NCBI GenBank assembly: GCA_963779755.1
Contig: CAVZZO010000001.1
Span: 2,080,001-2,144,000 of the forward strand
DNA: 64,000 nucleotides
Source of the DNA: an uncultured Gemmatimonadales bacterium
Lineage (GTDB): Bacteria; Gemmatimonadota; Gemmatimonadetes; Gemmatimonadales; GWC2-71-9
Direction of reading: 5' to 3'
Shown piece by piece: positions 1-9,648 of the stretch. The notes under the pieces were generated by a model that ran no database searches, had not been told where the DNA came from, and was given only the letters and a program-made list of their open reading frames with translations. Positions within the stretch are counted from its first letter, which is position 1. Every line of letters starts with the position of its first letter. Both the position numbers and the translations under genes were made by a program.

Positions 1-2
1 CG

Positions 3-584
3 CTCAACCCGCAGGGCGTGGAGGTCAGCGCCTTCCGCGCCCCTACCGCGGAAGAGCTGGCCCACGATTTTCTCTGGCGGGTGCACCGGCGCGTGCCGGC
101 GAAGGGGATGATCGGGATCTTCAACCGGTCGCACTACGAGGACGTGCTGGCGGTCCGGGTCCACAATCTCGCGCCCGAGGCCGTCTGGTCCCGCCGGTTC
201 GCCCAGATCAACGATTTCGAGCGGCTGCTCGTCGATAGCGGGGTCACTATCCTGAAGTTCTTCCTGCAGATTTCGCGGGAGGAGCAGCGGCAACGGCTGC
301 TGAAACGGCTGAACGATCCGCGCCGGAACTGGAAGTTCAACCCGCGCGACCTGGAAGAGCGCCGCCGGTGGGACGACTACACCGCGGCCTACGAGGACGT
401 GCTGAGCCGGTGCAGCCCGGAATGGGCGCCGTGGTTCGTCGTTCCGGCCGATCGCAAGCCCGCGCGCGATGTGCTGATTGCCGAGACTGTCGTGCGCACG
501 CTGGAACGGATGAAGCCCGAGCCGCCGGCGGCAGATGCCGAGGTGATTCGCCAGGGAAGGGAATTGCTGGGGAGCACCGGCTAG
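3..584 (+). CDS. ppk2: polyphosphate kinase 2 family protein (5'-partial)
   Basis: Motifs LNPQGV..F.APT.EE.AHDFLWR, IFNRSHYEDVL, NWKFNPRDLEER; the frame is open to the window edge. Confidence 0.9.
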   Translation, partial: LNPQGVEVSAFRAPTAEELAHDFLWRVHRRVPAKGMIGIFNRSHYEDVLAVRVHNLAPEAVWSRRFAQINDFERLLVDSGVTILKFFLQISREEQRQRLLKRLNDPRRNWKFNPRDLEERRRWDDYTAAYEDVLSRCSPEWAPWFVVPADRKPARDVLIAETVVRTLERMKPEPPAADAEVIRQGRELLGSTG

Positions 585-610
585 CCCCCTCCCGCCTCAC
601 TCCTCCGGTC

Positions 611-1096
611 TTATTGCCGTCCGTCCTTCCCATTCAGCACCTCCATCGCATTTCCCAGAAACGATTCCGGGCCGGACGCGCTGTGGTAGACGAGACGCGG
701 CGTTTCCAGGATGAGCTGGTATCCGCCCTCGCCGGTCATCCGGTACTGGATGTCGGGGAGCACGGGGCCCACCGCCGCCAGGGTGGCGGGGAGGTGGCCG
801 CTGTCGGCGGCAAACCGGTCGATCCGGCGGGCTTGCAGATAGAGTGCCAGGCGGGCACTGGCTTCCGCGCGCTCGGGCGAGACTTTCGGTCCCTGCAGCC
901 AGGCCGGCGGGGAGAGGATGAACCATCCCAGCAGCGCGGCGAGGATCAGCGCCAGCACCGCCCGCGGCATGAGGCTCCGGCCCGGCGGCGGCGCCGCCGG
1001 CTCCGAGGGCCCGGCCCCCGACTGGATCGCCTGCTGATACGCCTCCGCCAGAGCGCGGCGGTGCGGGGGGGTCTGGTGGCCTTGCGGGTCGGTCAT
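611..1096 (-). CDS. hypothetical single-TM membrane protein
   Basis: 161-aa ORF with hydrophobic segment AVLALILAALLGWFIL; follows the response regulator on the same strand. Confidence 0.65.
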   Translation of the reverse strand: MTDPQGHQTPPHRRALAEAYQQAIQSGAGPSEPAAPPPGRSLMPRAVLALILAALLGWFILSPPAWLQGPKVSPERAEASARLALYLQARRIDRFAADSGHLPATLAAVGPVLPDIQYRMTGEGGYQLILETPRLVYHSASGPESFLGNAMEVLNGKDGRQ

Positions 1097-1129
1097 CGGC
1101 GCGTTGGCTCCACGGGGTCGAGTATCGGC

Positions 1130-1507
1130 CTAGTCGGTGACGGTCTCGCCGGCCAGCGCCCGTTCCACCTGGGCCGGGAACCCGCGGACGTCCAGCGGCT
1201 TGGTGACGTAGCCGTCGAATCCGGCTTCCAGCGCGCGGTCCCGGTCGCCCGCCATGGCATGAGCCGTCAGCGCCACCACCCGCAGTGCCGGCCAGGAGGA
1301 CTCGCGAATCCGCTGCAGGAGGGTATATCCGTCGGCCTCCGGCAGCTGAATATCCATGAGGACCAGATCGGGGCGGCTCGCCTCGATGGTTTCCAGCAGC
1401 CCCTCGCCGCTGGTCAGCTCGGCCACTTCATGGCCTTTCAGCGTGAGCAGCGCGCGGCAGAGCTTCATGTTGTCCGGGTTGTCTTCCACCACCAGTATGC
1501 GCGCCAT
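1130..1507 (-). CDS. single-domain response regulator (CheY/DivK-like)
   Basis: ILVVEDNPDN, DLVLMDIQLP, ALTAHAM.GDR, GFDGYVTKP; ATG at 1507. Confidence 0.9.
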   Translation of the reverse strand: MARILVVEDNPDNMKLCRALLTLKGHEVAELTSGEGLLETIEASRPDLVLMDIQLPEADGYTLLQRIRESSWPALRVVALTAHAMAGDRDRALEAGFDGYVTKPLDVRGFPAQVERALAGETVTD

Positions 1508-1601
1508 GCAGATGTTCCGTTGTGGGGACCGTCGCCAATAACTACCATTCGCGCAGGTACGACGCAACTCCGGTTCCGCCATTCCCGTTCCCCTGCTTAG
1601 C

Positions 1602-2450
1602 ATGCGTCCACAATCACTCGCCGTTCTGGGACTCGGTACGCTCGGCGGGTCCGTTGCCGCCGGCGCGCGCGACGCCGGGGTGGAACGGATCGCCGGCTAT
1701 GCCACTGCCCGCTCCGACGGTGTCCGGGCGCTGCAGAGCGGCGTGATCACCGAGCTGGCCGGCACCGCCGCCGGGGCGGTCCGCGGTGCCGACGTGGTGG
1801 TGATCGCCTCGGCTGCGCGCACCGCCATGACTCTGCTCGAGCGCATCGCGGGGCGCGTGGGGGAGGGCTGTCTCGTCACCGACGTGGCGGCGGTCAAGGC
1901 GCCGGTAGTCCAGCGGGCCGAGCGGCTCGGACTGGCCGACCGCTTTGCCGGCAGCCACCCCCTGGCGGCCTCGATGCCCGATGACGGCACTGTCCCCCGG
2001 CCCGACCGCTTCCGGGATGCCCTGGTATACGTCTGTCCCACCACTACCGACGGCGGGTACGCCGCCGCACGGAACATCATGTCCTTCTGGCAGGATCTCT
2101 ACGGCGCCCAGGCAGTGCTGATCGAGCCGGCGCAGCATGACCAACGGCTCGCCTGGAGCCACCACCTTCCCCAGGCCGCCGTCTTTGCGCTCGCGCGCGC
2201 GCTGGCGGGAAGCGGTCTCCCCGGGGCCGCTTTCGGCCGCGATGCGCGCGAGATTACCCGCGCGGCCGGCACGGGCACCGACGCCTGGGCCGACGTGCTG
2301 CTGCTCAACCGGCAGGCGGTCGCCGGGGCGCTCGCGCAGGCCGGCAGCGAGCTGGCCGAGCTGCAGCGGCGGCTCGCCGCCGGCGACCGGGACGGGGTGC
2401 AGGCCTTCCTCGAGGAGGCGGCGGCGTTCCGCCGGACGCTGGGCGAATGA
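1602..2450 (+). CDS. tyrA: prephenate/arogenate dehydrogenase family
   Basis: GLGTLGGS Rossmann motif, VTDVAAVK, GSHP, HD...HHLP; overlaps aroA. Confidence 0.8.
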   Translation: MRPQSLAVLGLGTLGGSVAAGARDAGVERIAGYATARSDGVRALQSGVITELAGTAAGAVRGADVVVIASAARTAMTLLERIAGRVGEGCLVTDVAAVKAPVVQRAERLGLADRFAGSHPLAASMPDDGTVPRPDRFRDALVYVCPTTTDGGYAAARNIMSFWQDLYGAQAVLIEPAQHDQRLAWSHHLPQAAVFALARALAGSGLPGAAFGRDAREITRAAGTGTDAWADVLLLNRQAVAGALAQAGSELAELQRRLAAGDRDGVQAFLEEAAAFRRTLGE

Positions 2451-3724
2451 TCGTCCAGGGAGTGATCCGTCCCCCGGGAGACAAGAGCATCACCCACCGG
2501 GTGCTGCTGTTCGCCGGTCTGGCCCGCGGCATCAGCCACGTCGGCGGTGCGCTGACATCGCTCGACGCCCGTTCCACCGCTCATGTGCTTCGGGCCCTGG
2601 GCGCGGAGATCTCCCCCCTGCGGCCGGGACAGGTGCTCCGCATCCGGGGCCGGGGGCGGTTCTCGCGTCCCGCGGGCCGGCTCGACTGCGGCAACTCCGG
2701 CACCACCGCCCGCCTGCTGCTCGGCCTCCTGGCCGCGCACCGTTTCAGCAGCACCCTGACCGGCGACCGGTCGCTCCGCCGCCGGCCCATGCGGCGCATC
2801 ACCCACCCGCTGCACCTGATGGGCGCCCGCATCCGGGAATACGACGGCGACGGCCTCCCGCTTACCATCCGCGGCGGTCCGCTCTTGCCCCTGCGCTACG
2901 AGCTGCCCGTCTCCAGCGCCCAGCTCAAGAGCAGTCTGCTGCTGGCGGGGCTGGCCGGTAATGTGGCGGTGGCGGTGCGCGAGCCCACGGGCCGCTCGCG
3001 CGACCACACCGAGCGCTTGCTGCGCGCCTTCGGCTACAGCGTCCAGGACACGAATGGCTGGATCGCCTTCGAGCCGGACGGTGAGCTTTCGCCGTTCGAG
3101 CTCCAGGTGCCGGGCGATGTGTCCTCCGCCGCCTTTCTGGTCGGGGCCGCTCTGCTGGCCGAGGCCGGCGAGCTGCTGGTGGCCGGGGTGGGGCTCAATC
3201 CCACCCGCACCGGGTATCTCGGGGTGCTGCGGCGGATGGGAGGCCTGGTGCAGGAGACCGTCACCGGCGAGGAACACGGTGAGCCCATCGGGGATCTGCT
3301 GGTGCGTCCTTCCGCCCTGCGCGCCGTCGTGGTGGAGGCCGAGGAGATCCCCGGGCTGATCGACGAGATCCCGCTGCTGGCGGTGCTGGCCTCCCGGGCG
3401 GAGGGCACCAGTTGTTTTCGCCAGGTGGGCGAGCTGCGAGTCAAGGAAAGCGACCGGCTGGGCCTCCTGGCCGCCAACCTCCGGGCGCTGGGCGTGGAAG
3501 CCGAGGTGCAGGGCGAGGATCTCCACGTGACCGGCACCGACCATCCTCCCGCCGGCCGGGTAAAGACCGAATCTGATCACCGGCTGGCCATGGCCTTCAG
3601 TGTCCTGGCCCGGGTGCCGGGCGCCAGGGTCCGGGTGGACGACCCGGAGTGCGCCGAGGTGAGCTTCCCCGACTTCGGCGACGCGCTGGGCGCCATCCTC
3701 GCCGGGGGCAAAGGGCGTGGCTAG
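2447..3724 (+). CDS. aroA: 3-phosphoshikimate 1-carboxyvinyltransferase
   Basis: PGDKSITHR, DCGNSGTTAR, SSAQLKS, ELRVKESDR, DHRLAM. Confidence 0.97.
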   Translation: MIVQGVIRPPGDKSITHRVLLFAGLARGISHVGGALTSLDARSTAHVLRALGAEISPLRPGQVLRIRGRGRFSRPAGRLDCGNSGTTARLLLGLLAAHRFSSTLTGDRSLRRRPMRRITHPLHLMGARIREYDGDGLPLTIRGGPLLPLRYELPVSSAQLKSSLLLAGLAGNVAVAVREPTGRSRDHTERLLRAFGYSVQDTNGWIAFEPDGELSPFELQVPGDVSSAAFLVGAALLAEAGELLVAGVGLNPTRTGYLGVLRRMGGLVQETVTGEEHGEPIGDLLVRPSALRAVVVEAEEIPGLIDEIPLLAVLASRAEGTSCFRQVGELRVKESDRLGLLAANLRALGVEAEVQGEDLHVTGTDHPPAGRVKTESDHRLAMAFSVLARVPGARVRVDDPECAEVSFPDFGDALGAILAGGKGRG

Positions 3725-4421
3725 CCGGGTCATCGCCATCGACGGTCCTTCCGCCAGCGGCAAGTCCAGCACCGCCCGCGCGGTGGCGCGGGCCCTGGGC
3801 TTCGGCCACCTCGATTCCGGAGTGCTCTACCGGGGAGTAACGCTGGTGGCACTGACGGAGCGGGAGCGGCGGGGCGGGGCGGGCAGGACCCTGCCGCCGC
3901 ACGAGCTGCTGCAGGCGGCGGAAGCCCGCGGGCTCATGCTGCAGTCCGACGGCGAGGCATTTGTGATTTATCTGGACGGCGAGCCGGCGGAGGCCCTGGT
4001 CCGCACCGCCCCGGTCACCGCCGAGGTGTCTGCCGTGGCCGCCATTCCGGAGGTGCGGGAATGGGTGAACGAGCGGCTGCGCCAGGTGGTCCGGACCGGC
4101 CTCTCGGTGGTGGTGGACGGGCGCGACATCGGTAGCGTGGTCTTTCCGGATGCCGGCCTCAAGATCTTTCTCACGGCCTCATCCGAAACCCGGGCCCGGC
4201 GGCGCCTGGCCCAGCGGGGGGAGGGCGACGATCCCGAACAGGTGCGCAGCGAGTCCGCCCTGCTGGCGGCCCGTGACCAGGCGGACAGCACCCGGGAGGT
4301 GGCGCCGCTGCGCCAGTCGGAGGACGCCGTGCCGCTGGATACGACCGGCCTGAGCTTCGAGGGGCAGGTGGAGCGGATCGTGGCCCTGGCCCGGCAGCGG
4401 TTCCCGGAAGGTGAGAGGTGA
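3717..4421 (+). CDS. cmk: cytidylate kinase
   Basis: IAIDGPSASGKS, DGRDIGSVVFPDA; aroA-cmk-rpsA synteny. Confidence 0.96.
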   Translation: MASRVIAIDGPSASGKSSTARAVARALGFGHLDSGVLYRGVTLVALTERERRGGAGRTLPPHELLQAAEARGLMLQSDGEAFVIYLDGEPAEALVRTAPVTAEVSAVAAIPEVREWVNERLRQVVRTGLSVVVDGRDIGSVVFPDAGLKIFLTASSETRARRRLAQRGEGDDPEQVRSESALLAARDQADSTREVAPLRQSEDAVPLDTTGLSFEGQVERIVALARQRFPEGER

Positions 4422-4472
4422 GCCGTAAGGCGTGAGGAGTGTCCCCCCATGCCTCAGGTCTTACCTCTTACC
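4411..4472. repeat. inverted 7-nt tandem-repeat element (GTGAGnn / nCTTACC)
   Basis: GTGAGAG GTGAGCC GTAAGGC GTGAGGA ... CCTCAGG TCTTACC TCTTACC; overlaps the cmk stop. Confidence 0.65.
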
Positions 4473-4482
4473 CTGCCGTGAC

Positions 4483-4512
4483 TTGCCATTTCCAGTGCGT
4501 CTCTCGTATTAT
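4483..4512 (+). promoter_or_regulatory. sigma70-type promoter of rpsA
   Basis: TTGCCA-18 nt-TATTAT, followed by hairpin CCCTCCCA-GTC-TGGGAGGG. Confidence 0.55.
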
Positions 4513-4604
4513 TACCGGCTCCCTCCCAGTCTGGGAGGGCCGTTTACCTTTGTCCCGCAGCCCCTCCGGTGCGGCCGTACCTGGAAGAGGAAGACCACTT
4601 TCGC

Positions 4605-6362
4605 ATGCCTGAACTCAGCTCCTACGAACCGATTACCTCCCACACCGGGCTTCGTGTCCGGGAAGACCTTCTTGACGAGGAATACAGTCAGGAAGACTAC
4701 GAAAAAATGCTCCCTCTGTACGAGCAGACGATGGCGTCTATCGCCGAGGGGGAGATCGTCAAGTCGAAGGTCCTGCGGGTCACGGACAACGCCGTCATTC
4801 TGGATGTCGGCTTCAAGTCCGAGGGCTCGGTGCCGCTGGATGAGTTCAAGGAACCGGAAAATCTGAAGGAAGGCGACGAAGTCGAGGTCTTCCTGGAGCA
4901 CCTGGAGGATCAGGAGGGCGCGGTCGTGCTCTCCAAGAAGAAGGCCGACTTCATGCGGGTCTGGGAGAAGATCCGCCAGGCCTATGAAAGCGATCAGCCG
5001 GTCGAAGGTACCCTGGTCAAGAAGATCAAGGGCGGCGTCGTGGTGAACCTGATGGGGGTGGATGCCTTCCTCCCCGGCAGCCAGATCGCGCTGCGCCGGG
5101 TGCCCAACATCGACGAGCTGCTGGGCAGCACCTACGAGTTCAAGATCATCAAGCTGAACAAGCGCCGGCGGAACATCGTGGTGAGCCGCCGCGTCATTCT
5201 GGAGCACGAGCGGGCGCACAAGCGCGAGCACCTGATGAAGGAGCTCGAGGTCGGGCAGGTGCGGAAGGGTGTGGTCAAGAACATCACCGATTTCGGCGCC
5301 TTCATCGACCTGGGCGGCGTGGACGGCCTGCTGCATATCACCGATATGTCCTACGGGCGGGTCTCCCATCCGTCGGAAGTGGTCCAGATCGGCCAGGAGG
5401 TCGAGGTCAAGATTCTCGACATCGACTGGCAGCGCGAGCGCATCAGCCTGGGCATGAAACAGCTCCAGCCCTATCCCTGGAAGGACGTGGCCGAGAAGTA
5501 TCCGGTGGGCACCCGGGTCCAGGGCAAGGTCGTCTCCATCACCAACTACGGGGCCTTCGTGGAGCTGGAGCCGGGCATCGAAGGCCTGGTGCACATCAGC
5601 GAAATGAGCTGGACGCGCAACGTGCGCCACCCGTCCAAGATCGTGAGCATCGGCGAAACGATCGAAGCCGTGGTGCTCAAGGTGGACGAGAGCGAGGAGA
5701 AGATCTCCCTCGGCATGAAGCAGACGGAGCAGGATCCCTGGGTGGTGCTGCCGCTCAAGTATCCGGTGGGCACCCGCATCAACGGCAAGGTGCGCAACCT
5801 GACCAGCTTCGGTGCCTTCGTGGAAATCGAGCCCGGCATCGACGGCCTGATCCACATCTCCGACATGTCCTGGACCAAGCGGATCCAGCACCCCTCGGAG
5901 GTGGTCAAGAAGGGCGACGCGGTGGACGTCGTCATCCTCAACATCGACGGCGACAACAAGCGGATCAGCCTCGGCCTCAAGCAGGCGGAAGAAGATCCCT
6001 GGCTCAAGATCGGCGAAACCTATCCGGTCAACATGGAGTTGCGCGGCACCGTGACCCGCCTGATGGACAAGGGGGTGGTGGTGGACCTGGGCAACGACAT
6101 CGAGGGCTTCGTGCCCATGTCGCAGCTGGGCGTGGCCGAGATCCAGCAGCCGGGCGATGCGGTCCGCGAGGGCCAGCCCGTGGATCTCAAGGTCCTGGAG
6201 GTCGATCCCATCCATCACCGGATCGTCCTGGCGGTGGTGGGCTACCCCGAGTTCGACCCCTCCACCCTGCCGCCCCCGCGCCCGCCGGAAGAGACCCCGG
6301 CCGAGAGCGAGAGCGAGAACGACGCCGAGGCCTCCGCCGAGGAAGCGGCCCCGTCGGAATAA
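4605..6362 (+). CDS. rpsA: 30S ribosomal protein S1
   Basis: Repeated S1 domains (FGAFIDLGG, YGAFVELEPGIEGLVHISE); ATG 4605 after purine-rich SD. Confidence 0.97.
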   Translation: MPELSSYEPITSHTGLRVREDLLDEEYSQEDYEKMLPLYEQTMASIAEGEIVKSKVLRVTDNAVILDVGFKSEGSVPLDEFKEPENLKEGDEVEVFLEHLEDQEGAVVLSKKKADFMRVWEKIRQAYESDQPVEGTLVKKIKGGVVVNLMGVDAFLPGSQIALRRVPNIDELLGSTYEFKIIKLNKRRRNIVVSRRVILEHERAHKREHLMKELEVGQVRKGVVKNITDFGAFIDLGGVDGLLHITDMSYGRVSHPSEVVQIGQEVEVKILDIDWQRERISLGMKQLQPYPWKDVAEKYPVGTRVQGKVVSITNYGAFVELEPGIEGLVHISEMSWTRNVRHPSKIVSIGETIEAVVLKVDESEEKISLGMKQTEQDPWVVLPLKYPVGTRINGKVRNLTSFGAFVEIEPGIDGLIHISDMSWTKRIQHPSEVVKKGDAVDVVILNIDGDNKRISLGLKQAEEDPWLKIGETYPVNMELRGTVTRLMDKGVVVDLGNDIEGFVPMSQLGVAEIQQPGDAVREGQPVDLKVLEVDPIHHRIVLAVVGYPEFDPSTLPPPRPPEETPAESESENDAEASAEEAAPSE

Positions 6363-6382
6363 GACGGCCCATCAGCACCAGG

Positions 6383-6414
6383 AAAAGCCCCGTTCATTCG
6401 AGCGGGGCTTTTTT
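6383..6414. terminator. bidirectional rho-independent terminator
   Basis: AAAAGCCCCGTTC-ATTC-GAGCGGGGCTTTTTT. Confidence 0.85.
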
Positions 6415-6871
6415 ACCGCGAAGACGCGAAGGGCGCGAAGGGTCCGAATACCTTGTCTTTTGTAGGCCGGTGTTGATTTACAATTCGCCGGATCCCTCTC
6501 CCAAGGACCGGGACGTTGAAATTCATCAGCAGCGCCAGAGGCAGGCGGAGCAGTCGGAGGTAGGTTAGCACCTGGGCCAGGTGGATAGCAGTTACCTCTT
6601 CAACCGCTTTGACCTCCACCAGCAGCACCCCTTCAATCAGGAAGTCAGCCCGGTAACTGCAAGGAAGCCGGACGCCTTTGTAGAAGACCGGCAGTGCCAC
6701 CTCGCGCTGGTGTTCCAGGCGCCGCAGGGAAAGTTCGTGACCCAGGCATGTCGCATACGCGCTTTCGAGCAGGCCCGGGCCGAGGCTCCGGTGAACTTCG
6801 ATCGCCGCGCCGATCACCTGATGGGACAGACGGTCCGCAAGGTCGGACTTTTGTACTAGGTCGATTGCCAT
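6413..6871 (-). CDS. GxxExxY protein (PD-(D/E)XK nuclease-like)
   Basis: VIGAAIEVHRSLGPGLLESAY, YRADFLIEG.LLVEVKAV, AQVLTYLR, LLMNFN. Confidence 0.92.
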   Translation of the reverse strand: MAIDLVQKSDLADRLSHQVIGAAIEVHRSLGPGLLESAYATCLGHELSLRRLEHQREVALPVFYKGVRLPCSYRADFLIEGVLLVEVKAVEEVTAIHLAQVLTYLRLLRLPLALLMNFNVPVLGRGIRRIVNQHRPTKDKVFGPFAPFASSR

Positions 6872-6965
6872 GCCCCCACAGTACACATCCCAACGCCTTG
6901 AAACGTACCAAAAACTCACGATCCTCATCCTTTCGCGCTCTTCGCGAGCTTCGCGTCTTCGCGGT
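6415..6965. mobile_element. putative cassette: GxxExxY gene bracketed by 26-bp inverted CGCGAAG-array arms
   Basis: 6415-6440 ACCGCGAAGACGCGAAGGGCGCGAAG matches the reverse complement of 6940-6965 CTTCGCGAGCTTCGCGTCTTCGCGGT at 24/26; mobility is inferred. Confidence 0.55.
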
Positions 6966-6989
6966 TCCGCCCCGGCTATATTCCGGCCC

Positions 6990-8542
6990 ATGCCCGATCC
7001 CCGAAACCTCCTCGACGATCTCCACCGCCGGCAGGCCGAGGCCGAGCAGGGCGGGGGGAGCAGCGCATCGCGCAACAGCACAAACGCGGCAAGCTCACCG
7101 CCCGCGAGCGGCTCGATCTCCTCCTCGACGAGGGCAGCTTCGTCGAGTACGACCGCTTCGTAGTCCATCGGGCCACCTCGTTCGGCCTGGACCAGGAGAA
7201 ATACCCGGGCGACGGCGTCGTCACCGGCTACGGGCGCATCGACGGACGCCTGGTGTACGTCTTCTCCCAGGATTTTACCGTCTTCGGCGGCTCGCTCTCG
7301 GAAACCTTCGCCGAGAAGATCTGCAAGATCATGGACCTCGCGGTGCGCAACGGCGCGCCGGTGATCGGCCTCAACGATTCGGGCGGCGCCCGCATCCAGG
7401 AGGGCGTCGCCTCCCTCGGCGGGTACGCCGACATCTTCCTGCGCAACACCCTGGCGTCCGGCGTGGTCCCCCAGATCTCCGCCATCCTGGGCCCCTGCGC
7501 CGGCGGCGCCGTCTACAGCCCCGCCATCACCGACTTCGTGTTCATGGTCCGCAACCTGAGCTACATGTTCGTCACCGGGCCCAACGTGGTGAAGACGGTG
7601 ACGCACGAGGAGGTGAGCTTCGAGGAGCTGGGCGGCGCCGACACCCACGCCGGTACCTCGGGCATCGCCCACTTCGCCTGCGACAGCGAGCCGGAATGTC
7701 TCGCCGCCATCCGGGAACTGTTCAGCTACCTCCCCGGCAACAACGTGGACGATCCGCCCTTGCGCCCCAGCGATGATCCTCCCGGGCGGCGCGACGAGTC
7801 GCTGCTGGGGGTCATCCCCGAGGCGCCGTCCCGCCCCTACGACATGCACGAGGTCATCCGGGCCGTGGTGGACGAGGGCACCTTCTTCGAGGTGCATCGC
7901 GAGTTCGCCGGGAATCTCCTGACCGGATTCGCCCGGTTGGGCGGCCGCCCGGTGGGGCTCATCGCCAATCAGCCCGCCGTGCTGGCCGGAGTGCTGGACA
8001 TCAACGCGTCGGTCAAGGGGGCGCGGTTCATCCGTTTCTGTGATGCTTTCAATATCCCGCTCGTCACCTTTGTAGACGTCCCCGGGTTCCTGCCCGGGGT
8101 GGCCCAGGAGCACGGCGGCATCATCCGGCACGGGGCCAAGCTGCTCTACGCCTACTGCGAAGCCACCGTGCCCAAGCTGACGGTGATCACCCGCAAGGCC
8201 TATGGCGGAGCCTATGACGTGATGAGCTCCAAGCACATTCGGGGCGACCTCAACCTGGCCTGGCCCTCGGCGGAGGTGGCGGTCATGGGGCCCAAGGGCG
8301 CGGTCGAAATTCTGTTCCGCAAGGAGATCGCCGAGTCGGCCGACCCGGCCGAAGCCGCCGCCCGGTTTACCGACGACTACACCAGGCGGTTCGCGAATCC
8401 CTATAGCGCGGCGGAGCGGGGCTTCGTGGATGACGTCATCGACCCGCGCGACACCCGGCCCCGGCTGATCGACGCGCTGGCCACCCTGGCCACCAAGCGC
8501 GACCGGAATCCGCCGAAGAAGCATGGGTGTATACCGCTGTAG
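6990..8542 (+). CDS. pccB: acyl-CoA (propionyl-CoA) carboxylase beta subunit; frameshift at G-run 7053-7058
   Basis: [13 protein letters not shown] in one frame continues as [45 protein letters not shown] in the -1 frame. Confidence 0.9.
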
Positions 8543-8606
8543 GGACAGGGGATAAGGCACCAGGGACAGGGGATCCCGTCTGTCCCTGGTCCCTTGTGCC
8601 CTGTCA
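8541..8606. repeat. inverted 7-nt tandem-repeat element (AGGGACA / TGTCCCT)
   Basis: AGGGACA GGGGATA AGGCACC AGGGACA ... TGTCCCT GGTCCCT TGTGCCC TGTCAC, starting at the pccB stop. Confidence 0.8.
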
Positions 8607-8655
8607 CGGTATGAACCATGTTACAGGCCTGAAACAGATCTCCGATTCCAAGCCC

Positions 8656-9648
8656 ATGCACCGAATCCCACCTGTCTGGCATCGCGGCGTCTGCGCCGCC
8701 CTGGCCCTGTGCCTCGGCGGCTCCGGCCTGCTGTACGGCCAGGGGTCGGTGGACCCGACGGTGACGCCCCGGGCCGCCCTGATGGACCGGGCCGGGGAGC
8801 GGGGGATGGCCACCGAGATGCTGGGGCGCTACCTGGCCACCGCGCCGGACGACGGAACCGCCTGGTTCCATCTGGCGCGGTTCTACCTGCTCGATGCCCG
8901 CGACTGGCATCTTCAGGGCCACACCGGCGATCCGCCGGGGCCGCTCTATCTCGATCTGGCCGGAACCGCCATGGACGAAGCCGTGCGGCTGCTGGTCGAT
9001 TCCGGCGTGGTCTACCGCGCCCTGGTGGAGATGGAACGCGCCCGGCTGTTCGTGGAGGCCCACGGCTGGAATGCGGCCCGCGAGCGCCCGCGCGACGAAC
9101 CGGTCTATCTGCCGCCCTTCCTGCGTGAGCTGGGCACCAACCTGCTCTCCAGCTGTCCCCGGAACGGAGTCCTGGTGACGGGCGGCGATCTGGAAATGGT
9201 CGCGGTATGGTACGCCTCGCTGGAAGGCGGCCACCGGCCCGATGTAACCCCGCTCGATCCCCGCTTCTACGCCACCGATTCCCTCTACCGTGCGGCCATC
9301 GCAACGGCGCTGGGAGTCGATCCCGGCCTGCCGGTGCAGCAGGCGCTGCAGCAGGTGGCCAGCCGCCGGCCCGTCTGCCTGGCCCCGCTGGCCGACCCTG
9401 CGGCGGTTCCCTTCGACAACTTCGCCCCGCGGCGCCTGGTGCGGGTGAGCCCGGCCGATGCCGCCGGCGAGCCGGCCCCCGGCGCCCTCAGCGTCGCGCG
9501 GCTCATCGCCGTCGAGCGCGGCAGGGGCTCCGTCTGGACCACCACGGTCCGGCGGATCTACGGCCAGGCCGCTCAGTTCAACCCGCTCCTCTGTCAGGGC
9601 CTGTTCCAGCCGCTGGGAGACCGACCTCTCGGCGCATGCGGCCGCTAA
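8656..9648 (+). CDS. secreted hypothetical protein (TPR-like N-terminal part)
   Basis: Signal-peptide-like N-terminus, APDDGTAWFHLARFY TPR-like segment; overlaps the accC start; start codon uncertain. Confidence 0.7.
   Translation: MHRIPPVWHRGVCAALALCLGGSGLLYGQGSVDPTVTPRAALMDRAGERGMATEMLGRYLATAPDDGTAWFHLARFYLLDARDWHLQGHTGDPPGPLYLDLAGTAMDEAVRLLVDSGVVYRALVEMERARLFVEAHGWNAARERPRDEPVYLPPFLRELGTNLLSSCPRNGVLVTGGDLEMVAVWYASLEGGHRPDVTPLDPRFYATDSLYRAAIATALGVDPGLPVQQALQQVASRRPVCLAPLADPAAVPFDNFAPRRLVRVSPADAAGEPAPGALSVARLIAVERGRGSVWTTTVRRIYGQAAQFNPLLCQGLFQPLGDRPLGACGR

Noticed and set aside
6872..8560. 715-aa ORF suggesting a long N-terminal fusion to GxxExxY
   Set aside because: The upstream part is the antisense of pccB; only 6413-6871 resembles a real protein.
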